Shown here: positions 26,821 to 35,420 of the stretch, piece after piece
Layout: every line of letters starts with the position of its first letter
Numbering within the stretch: the stretch's first letter is position 1
DNA from: Candidatus Falkowbacteria bacterium
GTDB lineage: Bacteria > Patescibacteriota > Patescibacteriia > Patescibacteriales > WJLG01
NCBI GenBank assembly: GCA_963747695.1
Contig: CAVVFV010000010.1
Location: 69,618-133,617 of the forward strand
DNA: 64,000 nucleotides
Reading direction: 5' to 3'
Made by a program: the position numbers and the translations under genes
The notes under the pieces: model-generated
Database searches by the model: none
Told to the model about the DNA's origin: nothing
Seen by the model: the letters and a program-made list of their open reading frames with translations, nothing else

Positions 26821-29082
26821 TTAATTTTTAATTGAAATTGTTCCCACATTCACTCCGCCCATAAAAGTTGAGTCAAAGGCGTAATAAGAATCGAGGAAAT
26901 TGCCTTGCAAATCAAAAACTCGCACATGCGGACCGCCGCCCGGACCGGCGCCGGTAATTATTTCAGCCAAGCCGTCGCCGTTGGTGTCGCCGGCAGCGAT
27001 GTTGACGCCGCCGTGGAAGCTTTGGTCATAGGCGAAGAACTGACTCTGTAATTTTCCCAGGTTGTTAAAAATACGGATTTGCGGACCGCCGCCTTTGCCC
27101 GGGGCGGTCACGATCTCCTCTTGATGGTTAACCACGCTGCCGTTGATATTAGCGATCGCGACGTTAACGCCGCCGTGAAAATTCTGGGCATAGGCCAGAA
27201 ACTGACTTTTGACTTTACCTGCCGAGGTGAAAATCTTGACTTGAGGCTGAAAGCCCGAACCGGGCGCCGTAACGATCTCAAACTTGCCGTCGCCGTCCAC
27301 GTCTCCCGCGGCGATATTCACTCCGCCCAAAAATTTGGAGTCATAGGCGATGAATTCATTTTTCAGCTTGCCTTGATTATCAAAAACTTTTATATCCGGT
27401 TTCAAGCCTGAGCCGGGCGCGGTAACAATCTCATCTTTGCCGTCGCCGTCAAAATCTCCGGTTGCCACCTTAACCCCGCCGCGGAAATCAGCCGCATAGG
27501 CATAAAATTGGCTTTTTAATTTCCCGTCCGCGCTGAAGACTTTTACGCGACCGGCAACCCCGGAACCGGGACCGACGATGATCTCGGTTTTATTATCACC
27601 ATCGACGTCTCCGGACGCCAAATAAACTCCGCCATTCGGATTGGCGTTAAATTTGGTGATCAAGGTGTCGTCGGGCTGTACTTCTCTCACTTCGGCCGAA
27701 TCGCCGGAGGCCGGCGCTAAGAGCAGCTTAACGCTTTGATCTTGTTTTTCTCGATCCGCCAAGGCGACGGCGTTTAAAGCGTTAACCCGGCCACTGCCCA
27801 ATTCGCCCTTATAATTAGGATTTAATTTGCTGATATCGTCGGCGGTGGCCAAAAGAATATCCTTGATCTGCTGCGCTTTGGCTCCGGGATCTGTCCCCTC
27901 TAATAATGCCAAAACACCCACTACCACCGGAGTCGCCATCGAAGTTCCCGACCAATAACCGCTATAATATTGATCAAGGACGGTATTATTGATCTGCTCG
28001 GTCGGCGCATAAACGGCAGTACTGAAAAAACCTTCTCCCGGAGCGGCAATGTCCACGCATTTCGAACCATAACTGGAAAAAGAGGCTTTTTGATCGACCG
28101 CATCAGTCGCGGCCACCCCGATCACCATATTATTATTGCCGTCATCGCAAGCCGGATACATCGGAGTTATATCAAGATCGTATCCTTGACCTTGTGATTC
28201 CTCGTTGCCCGCCGCCGCCACGACGATCACTCCGGCGTTATAAGCGCGGGTGATCGCTTCATATAAAGCGCGGCTATAATCCAGGCCGACAAAACTCAGA
28301 TTGATTATCGCGGCCCGGTTGTTAATAGCATAATCGATGGCTCTGACCACATCGGAAGTCCGCCCCTCGCCTTTATCATCCAAAACTTTAAGCGACATGA
28401 TCTTCGCCTGCCAGGTAATGCCGGTGATCCCCTTGCCGTTATTGCCGACGGCGGCGATGATCCCGGCGACGATCGTGCCATGCATCACTCCGGCTTCGGT
28501 GAAACCATCTTCAAATTTAGGCGAGGGATCGGGCACATTGTTCACAAAATCCCAGCCATGCGCGTCGTCGATAAAACCGTTATGATCATCGTCGATTCCG
28601 TTGCCCGGGATCTCACCGGGATTGGTCCAGATGTTGGCCGCCAGATCGGGGTGATCGATTTGCACGCCGGTATCGATCACGGCGATCACCACGTTGGGAG
28701 TCTGCCGGATCCTGTCCCAGGCTAAGGGCGCGCGAATGCGGTCCAAATACCACTGTTTGGTATAATCGGGATCGGACGGGATGACCGATGCCTGATAAAC
28801 ATAGTTCGGTTCGGCATATTCCACATCGCTCCTTTTTTCATACTGCGCGATAAGATCACTGATTTTGACGCCGGCCGGAACTGCAACAGTCGCCGGTTCA
28901 GGGGAAGTTTTATACTTCACCAAAATTTCATCGCTGACTGCCGGCGCCGTTGCCGGAACTTTATCCGTCGGGCCGGAAGATTGAACGGCTCTGGCCGTTA
29001 AAGGCGACTGGGAAAAACAAAATCCGCCGATGAGGATCAGCACGAATATTTTACCGAAAAAATTGGCGAGTTTTCCCGTCAT
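26821..29082 (-). CDS. Secreted subtilisin-like (S8) serine protease with C-terminal FG-GAP-like repeats
   Basis: 753 aa with a signal-like N-terminus. The catalytic triad contexts are VIDTGV, HGTIVAG and GTSMATP. Five C-terminal repeats of the type GDVDGDGK-EIVTAPGSG...VKVF. Confidence 0.9.
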   Translation of the reverse strand: MTGKLANFFGKIFVLILIGGFCFSQSPLTARAVQSSGPTDKVPATAPAVSDEILVKYKTSPEPATVAVPAGVKISDLIAQYEKRSDVEYAEPNYVYQASVIPSDPDYTKQWYLDRIRAPLAWDRIRQTPNVVIAVIDTGVQIDHPDLAANIWTNPGEIPGNGIDDDHNGFIDDAHGWDFVNNVPDPSPKFEDGFTEAGVMHGTIVAGIIAAVGNNGKGITGITWQAKIMSLKVLDDKGEGRTSDVVRAIDYAINNRAAIINLSFVGLDYSRALYEAITRAYNAGVIVVAAAGNEESQGQGYDLDITPMYPACDDGNNNMVIGVAATDAVDQKASFSSYGSKCVDIAAPGEGFFSTAVYAPTEQINNTVLDQYYSGYWSGTSMATPVVVGVLALLEGTDPGAKAQQIKDILLATADDISKLNPNYKGELGSGRVNALNAVALADREKQDQSVKLLLAPASGDSAEVREVQPDDTLITKFNANPNGGVYLASGDVDGDNKTEIIVGPGSGVAGRVKVFSADGKLKSQFYAYAADFRGGVKVATGDFDGDGKDEIVTAPGSGLKPDIKVFDNQGKLKNEFIAYDSKFLGGVNIAAGDVDGDGKFEIVTAPGSGFQPQVKIFTSAGKVKSQFLAYAQNFHGGVNVAIANINGSVVNHQEEIVTAPGKGGGPQIRIFNNLGKLQSQFFAYDQSFHGGVNIAAGDTNGDGLAEIITGAGPGGGPHVRVFDLQGNFLDSYYAFDSTFMGGVNVGTISIKN

Positions 29083-29202
29083 AATATCTTGATTATATCA
29101 TACTTAACCGACGCCCGCCAAATGATTATTTGCTTAAAAATAATGGAAAAAAAAGAACCGACAACGCTTGATTGTCGGTTCGAGAAAAGCTTTACCGGAC
29201 AT

Positions 29203-29583
29203 TCAGGCCAGCAGTTCGGATAGCAATTCGGCGAATTGCCCGATTTGCAACGGTTTGCAAACAAAACCGTTATAAAGATGGCGAGCGTTTTTGTCCGGAA
29301 TGGCCACGTTCGCGGGATCTGCCGCGACGAGAAAGATAAAACCGTCATACCCGGCTCCGCGCATGGCCACGGCGATCGGATAGGCAAGCTCGTCTTTAAG
29401 AAGTTTGCCGTCCAGAATAGCAAAGGCGATTTCCGCAAGATGAGTCAAAGCAAATTCCTTTGCCGCGTAAAATTCGTCGATGATCGTCACTGAATACCCA
29501 GGGAAAAAACCTTTAATCAAATCCAAATAGAACTTCTTTACTTCAGCATTGTCTTCGGCGATCAAAATAGTCTTTTTTTCCAA
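29203..29583 (-). CDS. Single-domain response regulator (REC only), orphan
   Basis: 126 aa; ILIAEDN, AILDGKL, FVCKPL. The TTG start is preceded by AAGGAGG at 5-nt spacing. Confidence 0.75.
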   Translation of the reverse strand: MEKKTILIAEDNAEVKKFYLDLIKGFFPGYSVTIIDEFYAAKEFALTHLAEIAFAILDGKLLKDELAYPIAVAMRGAGYDGFIFLVAADPANVAIPDKNARHLYNGFVCKPLQIGQFAELLSELLA

Positions 29584-29632
29584 AATATCCTCCTTGTTTA
29601 AAGGGCAAAATGGCGATTATTTATGTGCCCAA

Positions 29633-29661
29633 TTTTTACCATATTTCAAAATATAAGTCAA
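29633..29661 (-). promoter_or_regulatory. Putative promoter for the orphan response regulator
   Basis: On the minus strand: TTGACT (29661-29656), 17-nt spacer, TGG-TAAAAA (extended -10-like, 29638-29633). Confidence 0.45.
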
Positions 29662-29664
29662 CGC

Positions 29665-30945
29665 TCATTGCTCTCGGATATAATCAAGGGTTTCCTTGGC
29701 GCATTTTTTCCAGCTGAATTCCTTGGCGCGGCTAATTCCCTTGGCGATCAATTCGGATCTAAGGTCAGGATCAGCGATAATCTTTTCCATCACCCGCGCC
29801 ATATCTTCCTTGTCATGCGGATCGAAAAACAAAGCCGCCTCGCCAGCCACTTCCCGCAAAACCGGAATGTCAGAAGCGGCGGATGGGACTCCGCTAGCCA
29901 GAGCCTGCAGCAAAGTAATGCCAAAACCTTCGTGCAGCGAAGGCAAGATAAAAGCCTCCGCTCCGTTAAAAATATAAGGGATATCTTCTTCGTGCGCCCA
30001 GCCCGGCATAATTACCTCGTTTTGCAAGCCAAATTCGTGGACAATATATTTTATTTCATCAAAACCATAGCTGGCATCGCCGATCAAAACTAATTTTTCC
30101 TGACGATTTTCATGATAATGTTTGAATTTGACAAAAGCCTCGATCAGCAGCGGCGTATTTTTTTTCTTTTCCAACCTCCCGACGTATAAAAAATAAGGAC
30201 GGCTTAACCCATATTTTACCAAAACCTCGGCGACCCTTTTCTCGTCATTAATCTTCTTATATAACCGGTCATTGAACCCGTTTCGAATCACCTTGATTTT
30301 TTTTTCTCTGGCTTGATAAACCTGCAAAATTTCATCTTTGGTAAATTGCGAGACGGTAATGACGCGAGCCGAATGATCAAGCGAATGCTTGGTGGACCAA
30401 TCAAGGTAATCAGTGGAATTAGCCCCATATTGGCCACCGGTCATCAGCCGCGCCAAAAAATTTATCACCCGGCTGCCGCGCCCGCGCCGCGGACCGAGTT
30501 TATTCTCTTCATAAACTCCGGTATCTCTTTTAAAAGCTACGTCGTGGATTGTGTTGACTGTTCGGCGCGGATGGATCAAGGGAATGCCATGGGCGGGAAC
30601 GAACAAGACATCCGGCGGATTGAAAAGCATCGCCAGCGACAATCGGCCGAGGGTCCAAAAATAAGAAAAAGGCCAGCGTAAAACTTTGGCCTTGAAATTA
30701 TGATGCGGGCTCTTAGCGATCTGATAGCCGCTTTGATCATAGCTGACTTCCGATTCTTTTTCCTGCGGCAAAAAATCTAAAGTGGTCAAATCCGCCAGAT
30801 CGGGCGACAGCGGCTGATCGGTATAGAGAATGAATTGATCTTCGCTATCGAGCTGAGCAAAATATTTGATCAGATAATAAGAATACCATTCGGTGCCGCT
30901 CTTATGAGTTCTGTTGGCCCTTGAGGCATCTATTCCGATGATCAT
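29665..30945 (-). CDS. Glycosyltransferase family 4 (GT-B)
   Basis: 426 aa; C-terminal PSLHEGFGITLLQALASGVPSAASD. Confidence 0.85.
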   Translation of the reverse strand: MIIGIDASRANRTHKSGTEWYSYYLIKYFAQLDSEDQFILYTDQPLSPDLADLTTLDFLPQEKESEVSYDQSGYQIAKSPHHNFKAKVLRWPFSYFWTLGRLSLAMLFNPPDVLFVPAHGIPLIHPRRTVNTIHDVAFKRDTGVYEENKLGPRRGRGSRVINFLARLMTGGQYGANSTDYLDWSTKHSLDHSARVITVSQFTKDEILQVYQAREKKIKVIRNGFNDRLYKKINDEKRVAEVLVKYGLSRPYFLYVGRLEKKKNTPLLIEAFVKFKHYHENRQEKLVLIGDASYGFDEIKYIVHEFGLQNEVIMPGWAHEEDIPYIFNGAEAFILPSLHEGFGITLLQALASGVPSAASDIPVLREVAGEAALFFDPHDKEDMARVMEKIIADPDLRSELIAKGISRAKEFSWKKCAKETLDYIREQ

Positions 30946-31039
30946 AATGTAAAATTAAAAAGTCAAAATTAAAAATTATTGAGTCCGCCCCAGGCGGACG
31001 AAATACCTTAATTTTACATTTTGAGATTTACATTTTTAA

Positions 31040-32047
31040 TTACTTCGTTGCCAAAATCGATCTTTTATAAGAATCCAAATTATCCAGTGCTATACCAGTG
31101 CCTTTGGCGACGCAAAGCAACGGTTCGTCGGCGACATAGACCGGGACGCCGATGGTGCGCGAAACCAGCTGGTCGATATTCCGCAAGAGCGAACTGCCGC
31201 CAGCCATCACGATCCCCTTATCCATGATATCGGCGGACAATTCCGGCGAGGTGTCATTCAAGACTTTTTTGATCGCCGCAATGATCGCCTCCAATTCATT
31301 CTGGATCGCTTCGGTGACATCATCACTGATCACATTGATGCTCCGGGGCAAACCGGAAACGACATCCCGCCCGCGGACTTCCATCGTTAATTTATTTTTC
31401 AAATACAAGGCGGCGCCGACGTTGATCTTTATTTCTTCCGCCGTGCGCTCGCCGATCGAGAGATTGTATTTGCGGCGGATATGCTCAGCGATCGCCACGT
31501 CGAATTTATTGCCGCCGACTTTCACCGAATTGACGCAAACGATGCCGCCCAAAGAGATGACCGCCATTTCCGCGGTGCCGCCGCCGATGTCCACGATCAT
31601 ATGGCCGGAAGACGAACCGATGGGAATATCCGCGCCGATCGCCGCGGCGATCGGTTCCTTAATTATGTAAGCGGCTTTGGCGCCGGCGGAGATGGTCGCT
31701 TCGATTACCGCGCGGCGTTCAGTCGAAGAAATTCCGGCCGGCACGGCCACCATCACTTCCGGACGGAACAAACGAAAATTTCCCAAAGTCTTATTAATGA
31801 AATATCTCAACATCGCTTCGGTGGTACGGTAATCAGCGATCACCCCGTCCTTTAATGGTTTGACGGCAATAATATTATCAGGCGTGCGGCCGAGCATTTC
31901 CTTGGCTTCATTGCCAACCGCCAAAATTTTCCGATCATCAATCGAAACAGCGACCACGGACGGTTCGTTAATTACAATGCCCTTCCGGGGCAGATGCACC
32001 AGAGTGTAAGTCGTACCTAAGTCAATTCCGATTGATTTGATAAACAT
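31040..32047 (-). CDS. mreB: Rod-shape determining actin homologue MreB
   Basis: 335 aa; IGIDLGTTYT, MIVDIGGGTAEMAVISLGG, GIVMAGGSSLLRN. Confidence 0.95.
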   Translation of the reverse strand: MFIKSIGIDLGTTYTLVHLPRKGIVINEPSVVAVSIDDRKILAVGNEAKEMLGRTPDNIIAVKPLKDGVIADYRTTEAMLRYFINKTLGNFRLFRPEVMVAVPAGISSTERRAVIEATISAGAKAAYIIKEPIAAAIGADIPIGSSSGHMIVDIGGGTAEMAVISLGGIVCVNSVKVGGNKFDVAIAEHIRRKYNLSIGERTAEEIKINVGAALYLKNKLTMEVRGRDVVSGLPRSINVISDDVTEAIQNELEAIIAAIKKVLNDTSPELSADIMDKGIVMAGGSSLLRNIDQLVSRTIGVPVYVADEPLLCVAKGTGIALDNLDSYKRSILATK

Positions 32048-32054
32048 GATTAAA

Positions 32055-32133
32055 TTGTTATATTGCTATATTGTTATATTGCTATTTTTAAAATCGTTGC
32101 GCCAACAATATGGCAATATAACAATATGACAAT
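32055..32133. repeat. Intergenic palindrome, F1 family, copy 3
   Basis: TTGTTATATTGCTATATTGTTATATTGC ... CGTTGCGCCAACAATATGGCAATATAACAATATGACAAT. It ends 7 nt from the mreB ATG. Confidence 0.8.
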
Positions 32134-32212
32134 CTTTTTTTGGATAGCTAATAGCCCCGACACTTTACGGAAAATTAAAAATGGAAAATTAAAAAAACTT
32201 TTGTCTTTAACC

Positions 32213-33310
32213 CTATTTTCTATTCTTAATAGCCTCAATATCCAATAATTCTTGAACTTTTCTTCTCAATCCCATGCTGCTGGTAATATATCTGGGCACC
32301 TTCTTGCCAACAACAACGTCGTTTATTATGCCAATTAGCTCATCCGGAGAATATACATGGCCATCGGAACCCGTTGCTGAGATCTTTTCCTGGGCAATAT
32401 TTTTTAACAAACCTCTAATGTCTTGAGCCCCGGCAATCGTCACCTCGTCGCTTATTTCTTTTATCATTTTTCCTTCTTCCGCTTGAGATACGACAACATC
32501 CGCGCCGGTCTGGAGACTTTTTAATCTAGCAATGCCTTGTTTAATTTTTTCATCATACCCGCTAGCCTTATCTTGCCGGTTATCATGTCGATGAAGTTTC
32601 CTTGAACTATCAAAATCATAAATTGATTTTTTTAGTTTTTGAATTTCTTCTTCCGGCGATTCGGAGTTAGCCATTTTTTCAGACTCTGCTTTTTTGTCAT
32701 TGCTCACGGAACCGCCTTCTAATTCCCCTTCTAATGATTTTATTTGTTCTAGAAGAGAATCTGTATCCAAAAAATGCACAACTTGTTGATTACCAATATT
32801 TTTTGCAGCACGATTGTTCTGTTCTTTCCAGTCTTTTAAAGTTGCCTTGAGATTATCCAATTTTTTTATTTTTTCTTCACTTTCCGTTTCTGTTAGTTGC
32901 TTCTCCTGACCATTTTTTTTAATCTCATTCAGGGCAGCAAGAGCTTGCTCGGGACTTTTGTCCTTCAAATATTTATCCATTGACTCGGGAGAAATATGAT
33001 CTCCTAATGCCACATAAGCAGCCATCGCTTCTTGTTCCAGTTTAAAGGCGGCACTAAACTCATTCCTTAGACTGACCATCACTTCATCATCTTCCCCGGA
33101 AATTCCTTCATCACGCTTACTGTCCATACTCCGCTGAATACGACTACATGCTTCTGATAGATCCTGATATCGCTTAACCCCATTCAAATATTCGCGAACT
33201 ATCTCTTCCTGGCTAGCTTGCTGTTTTACTTCTGAGTTTTCCGGCGTGGCGGTCGGCCCAGCTTCTTGATCATTATCGTTTTTTATTTCTTCTTTCATAA
33301 TTATTATCAT
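32213..33310 (-). CDS. Hypothetical acidic, probably coiled-coil protein
   Basis: 365 aa, E/K-rich, with no motif recognised. The start may be 33310 or 33298 (both ATG). Confidence 0.5.
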   Translation of the reverse strand: MIIIMKEEIKNDNDQEAGPTATPENSEVKQQASQEEIVREYLNGVKRYQDLSEACSRIQRSMDSKRDEGISGEDDEVMVSLRNEFSAAFKLEQEAMAAYVALGDHISPESMDKYLKDKSPEQALAALNEIKKNGQEKQLTETESEEKIKKLDNLKATLKDWKEQNNRAAKNIGNQQVVHFLDTDSLLEQIKSLEGELEGGSVSNDKKAESEKMANSESPEEEIQKLKKSIYDFDSSRKLHRHDNRQDKASGYDEKIKQGIARLKSLQTGADVVVSQAEEGKMIKEISDEVTIAGAQDIRGLLKNIAQEKISATGSDGHVYSPDELIGIINDVVVGKKVPRYITSSMGLRRKVQELLDIEAIKNRK

Positions 33311-33316
33311 TAATAA

Positions 33317-35332
33317 TTAAAAATTTATACTGAACTCCTTGTCCGTCGTCACATCAGAACTCCAGATAATATTATTTCCGCTGACATCAGCTCCGGTTAG
33401 CGGATTGTATGATTTTATCACAGATGGGGCGGTTACGTCAACCTTGACGGTTTGGACCATATTTCCCGGCTGCTTTTGCAAATAAAGGCCGTAATTTCCT
33501 TGAGAAAATTGGTCGGCCAGATCAGCGGGTAATTTATAAGAAATGGTCAAAGTAGTGCTCTTGCCCAAACGGACATTCAATAATCCCGGCACGACCGTCT
33601 TGCCGAATTCAGTATAAGTCTTGTCCGGCACGGTAAATCCGGTCGCGCTGGTCACTTCGCTTCCTTGGGGCAGATAGATCCGGGCGTAATCTTTATAATC
33701 ACTCGTCCGCCAATCAGCAATACCTGAATTGGTATAAGTTATTTTCAAATTACCATACAGGCCGTCGGCTTGCTGCTCGACTTGATAATTGATGTTCCGC
33801 TTCATCACCGAATCGGTTTTGAGCGAGGCAAAGTTAGCGTCAACCAGCATTAAATAATCGCCGTCCGTCATCTTGATTTCTCCGCCGGCGCCCAAATTTT
33901 CCGCCAATGCTTCTTGATATTCGTTAGGCAGATAAACCAAAATATTTTTATCTTTGACGGCTTCATTAAGTTTGGCCAGCGCCGCCGGCCATAAACTGTA
34001 ATCCATACTGAAAAGTTTGTCCTTCATTTGCGCCAGAATCTTGCCGATAATCTCTTTGCGCTGCCAAGATGTTTCATTTTCCGAAGCAAAATCCTGCTCG
34101 ACTTTATATTGCAGCAAGTCCGTAAAATTATCCTTGGTAAATGTCTCGCCGTTGATGGTTATCGGGCCGGTGAGATCCAAGAGCGAAGTGACGAATTCGG
34201 GGGTGATGGCGATGACGCCGCTGAAAGTTCCGGAAAAATTATTGATTTGATCCTTGGCCGGCAAAAGATTATTTTCCTTGTTATAAAACCAAATAATCTG
34301 CTGCGCCGAAGTCGGCCAATCCGGCGACCAATTGGAATCGCGCATATACCAGGTCGGATTAAGATATTTTTTGATCGGATCCGGCGGCACGACGGCCAGC
34401 AAATGCAAAGCTTCCATCGGCTCATCCAGATGATAGATATCGTGCGAATCAAACCGGACCACATCGCCGTTCTCAGTCTGCAAAATCCCGTAAGTTCCCA
34501 AAAATCCTCCGGTCGGTCGCAACTCAGTATCATTCTCAAACAAAACCAGGAAGGTCGATTCCGCGGGATACCCGAAAAATTGCGGCGCCAGTTGCGAGAT
34601 CACAGTCGCTTCCGACAACAGAGTGGAAGCTTGCGTCAGCTTGCTTTTCGCATCGTCGATCTTCCCCTTGAACGAGCCGAGTATTCCATCCGCTTCAACC
34701 TGATCCAAATTGACCAAAGCCAAATCCAGATCGGCCTTGAGCCCGTTCATCTCCGGGCCCGATTCATAAATCGATTTTAACAAGGCCTGTTTTTGTTCGC
34801 CGGAAAATTGGGAATAATTGGTGCCGAATTCTCCGCCCATAATCCCGTTCCATTGCGCTCCCAGGCTCGCCGCCTCGTTCAAAGCCTTGCTGATCACCCC
34901 GGCGCTCTGCACCAACGAATCAAGATCGGCCAATTCTTTTTGTCCGATGTTAAGATTCTTCACCAAGATATTGGCGCGCAGCGCCGCCAGCTCATTCGCC
35001 AGCGCGGTAAAAGAACTCTCCGCCGCGAGCGAATCGTCGCCCATGGCGCCGAAATTTCGCTGTTGCGCCGCGGTAAGGGAATCCTGCAAATTATTCTTTC
35101 CGGAAATCGCCAGATTATAAGCTCCCTTGAATTGAAAAAATAAAATTCCCGCCGCGATCAAACCGAGAACGAAAATAACGACCAAAAATAATACCAGGTA
35201 TTTTAAAAACGAAAGGATCGGCCGATGAGATTTTTTAGGCAGCTGCAAATGCAGCGCCGACGCTAAAGTGCTGACGTTAGCGTGGCCGGTGAGAAAATCG
35301 ATTTTTTTGTGTTTTTTTCGCCAAAACATCAT
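33317..35332 (-). CDS. Large N-terminally membrane-anchored extracytoplasmic protein (DUF4012-like)
   Basis: 671 aa with one N-terminal TM helix. The central RPTGGFLGTYGIL segment and overall size resemble what I remember of DUF4012; this was not verified. Confidence 0.5.
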   Translation of the reverse strand: MMFWRKKHKKIDFLTGHANVSTLASALHLQLPKKSHRPILSFLKYLVLFLVVIFVLGLIAAGILFFQFKGAYNLAISGKNNLQDSLTAAQQRNFGAMGDDSLAAESSFTALANELAALRANILVKNLNIGQKELADLDSLVQSAGVISKALNEAASLGAQWNGIMGGEFGTNYSQFSGEQKQALLKSIYESGPEMNGLKADLDLALVNLDQVEADGILGSFKGKIDDAKSKLTQASTLLSEATVISQLAPQFFGYPAESTFLVLFENDTELRPTGGFLGTYGILQTENGDVVRFDSHDIYHLDEPMEALHLLAVVPPDPIKKYLNPTWYMRDSNWSPDWPTSAQQIIWFYNKENNLLPAKDQINNFSGTFSGVIAITPEFVTSLLDLTGPITINGETFTKDNFTDLLQYKVEQDFASENETSWQRKEIIGKILAQMKDKLFSMDYSLWPAALAKLNEAVKDKNILVYLPNEYQEALAENLGAGGEIKMTDGDYLMLVDANFASLKTDSVMKRNINYQVEQQADGLYGNLKITYTNSGIADWRTSDYKDYARIYLPQGSEVTSATGFTVPDKTYTEFGKTVVPGLLNVRLGKSTTLTISYKLPADLADQFSQGNYGLYLQKQPGNMVQTVKVDVTAPSVIKSYNPLTGADVSGNNIIWSSDVTTDKEFSINF

Positions 35333-35420
35333 AAGATTCGATAAATTTGCCGATTACAAATTTATAGTTAAGCGATATTATTATACTTGTTTTTTTAAAT
35401 TTTGGCAATGATAAATTTTT

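Noticed and set aside
19962-29082. A diversity-generating retroelement or other hypervariation system targeting the FG-GAP surface proteins.
   Set aside because: No reverse transcriptase ORF and no template/variable repeat pair could be found in the window.
29079-29438. A 119-aa ORF overlapping the response-regulator gene and the end of the S8 protease gene.
   Set aside because: It is off-frame relative to a well-supported REC domain gene, and its translation has no motifs.
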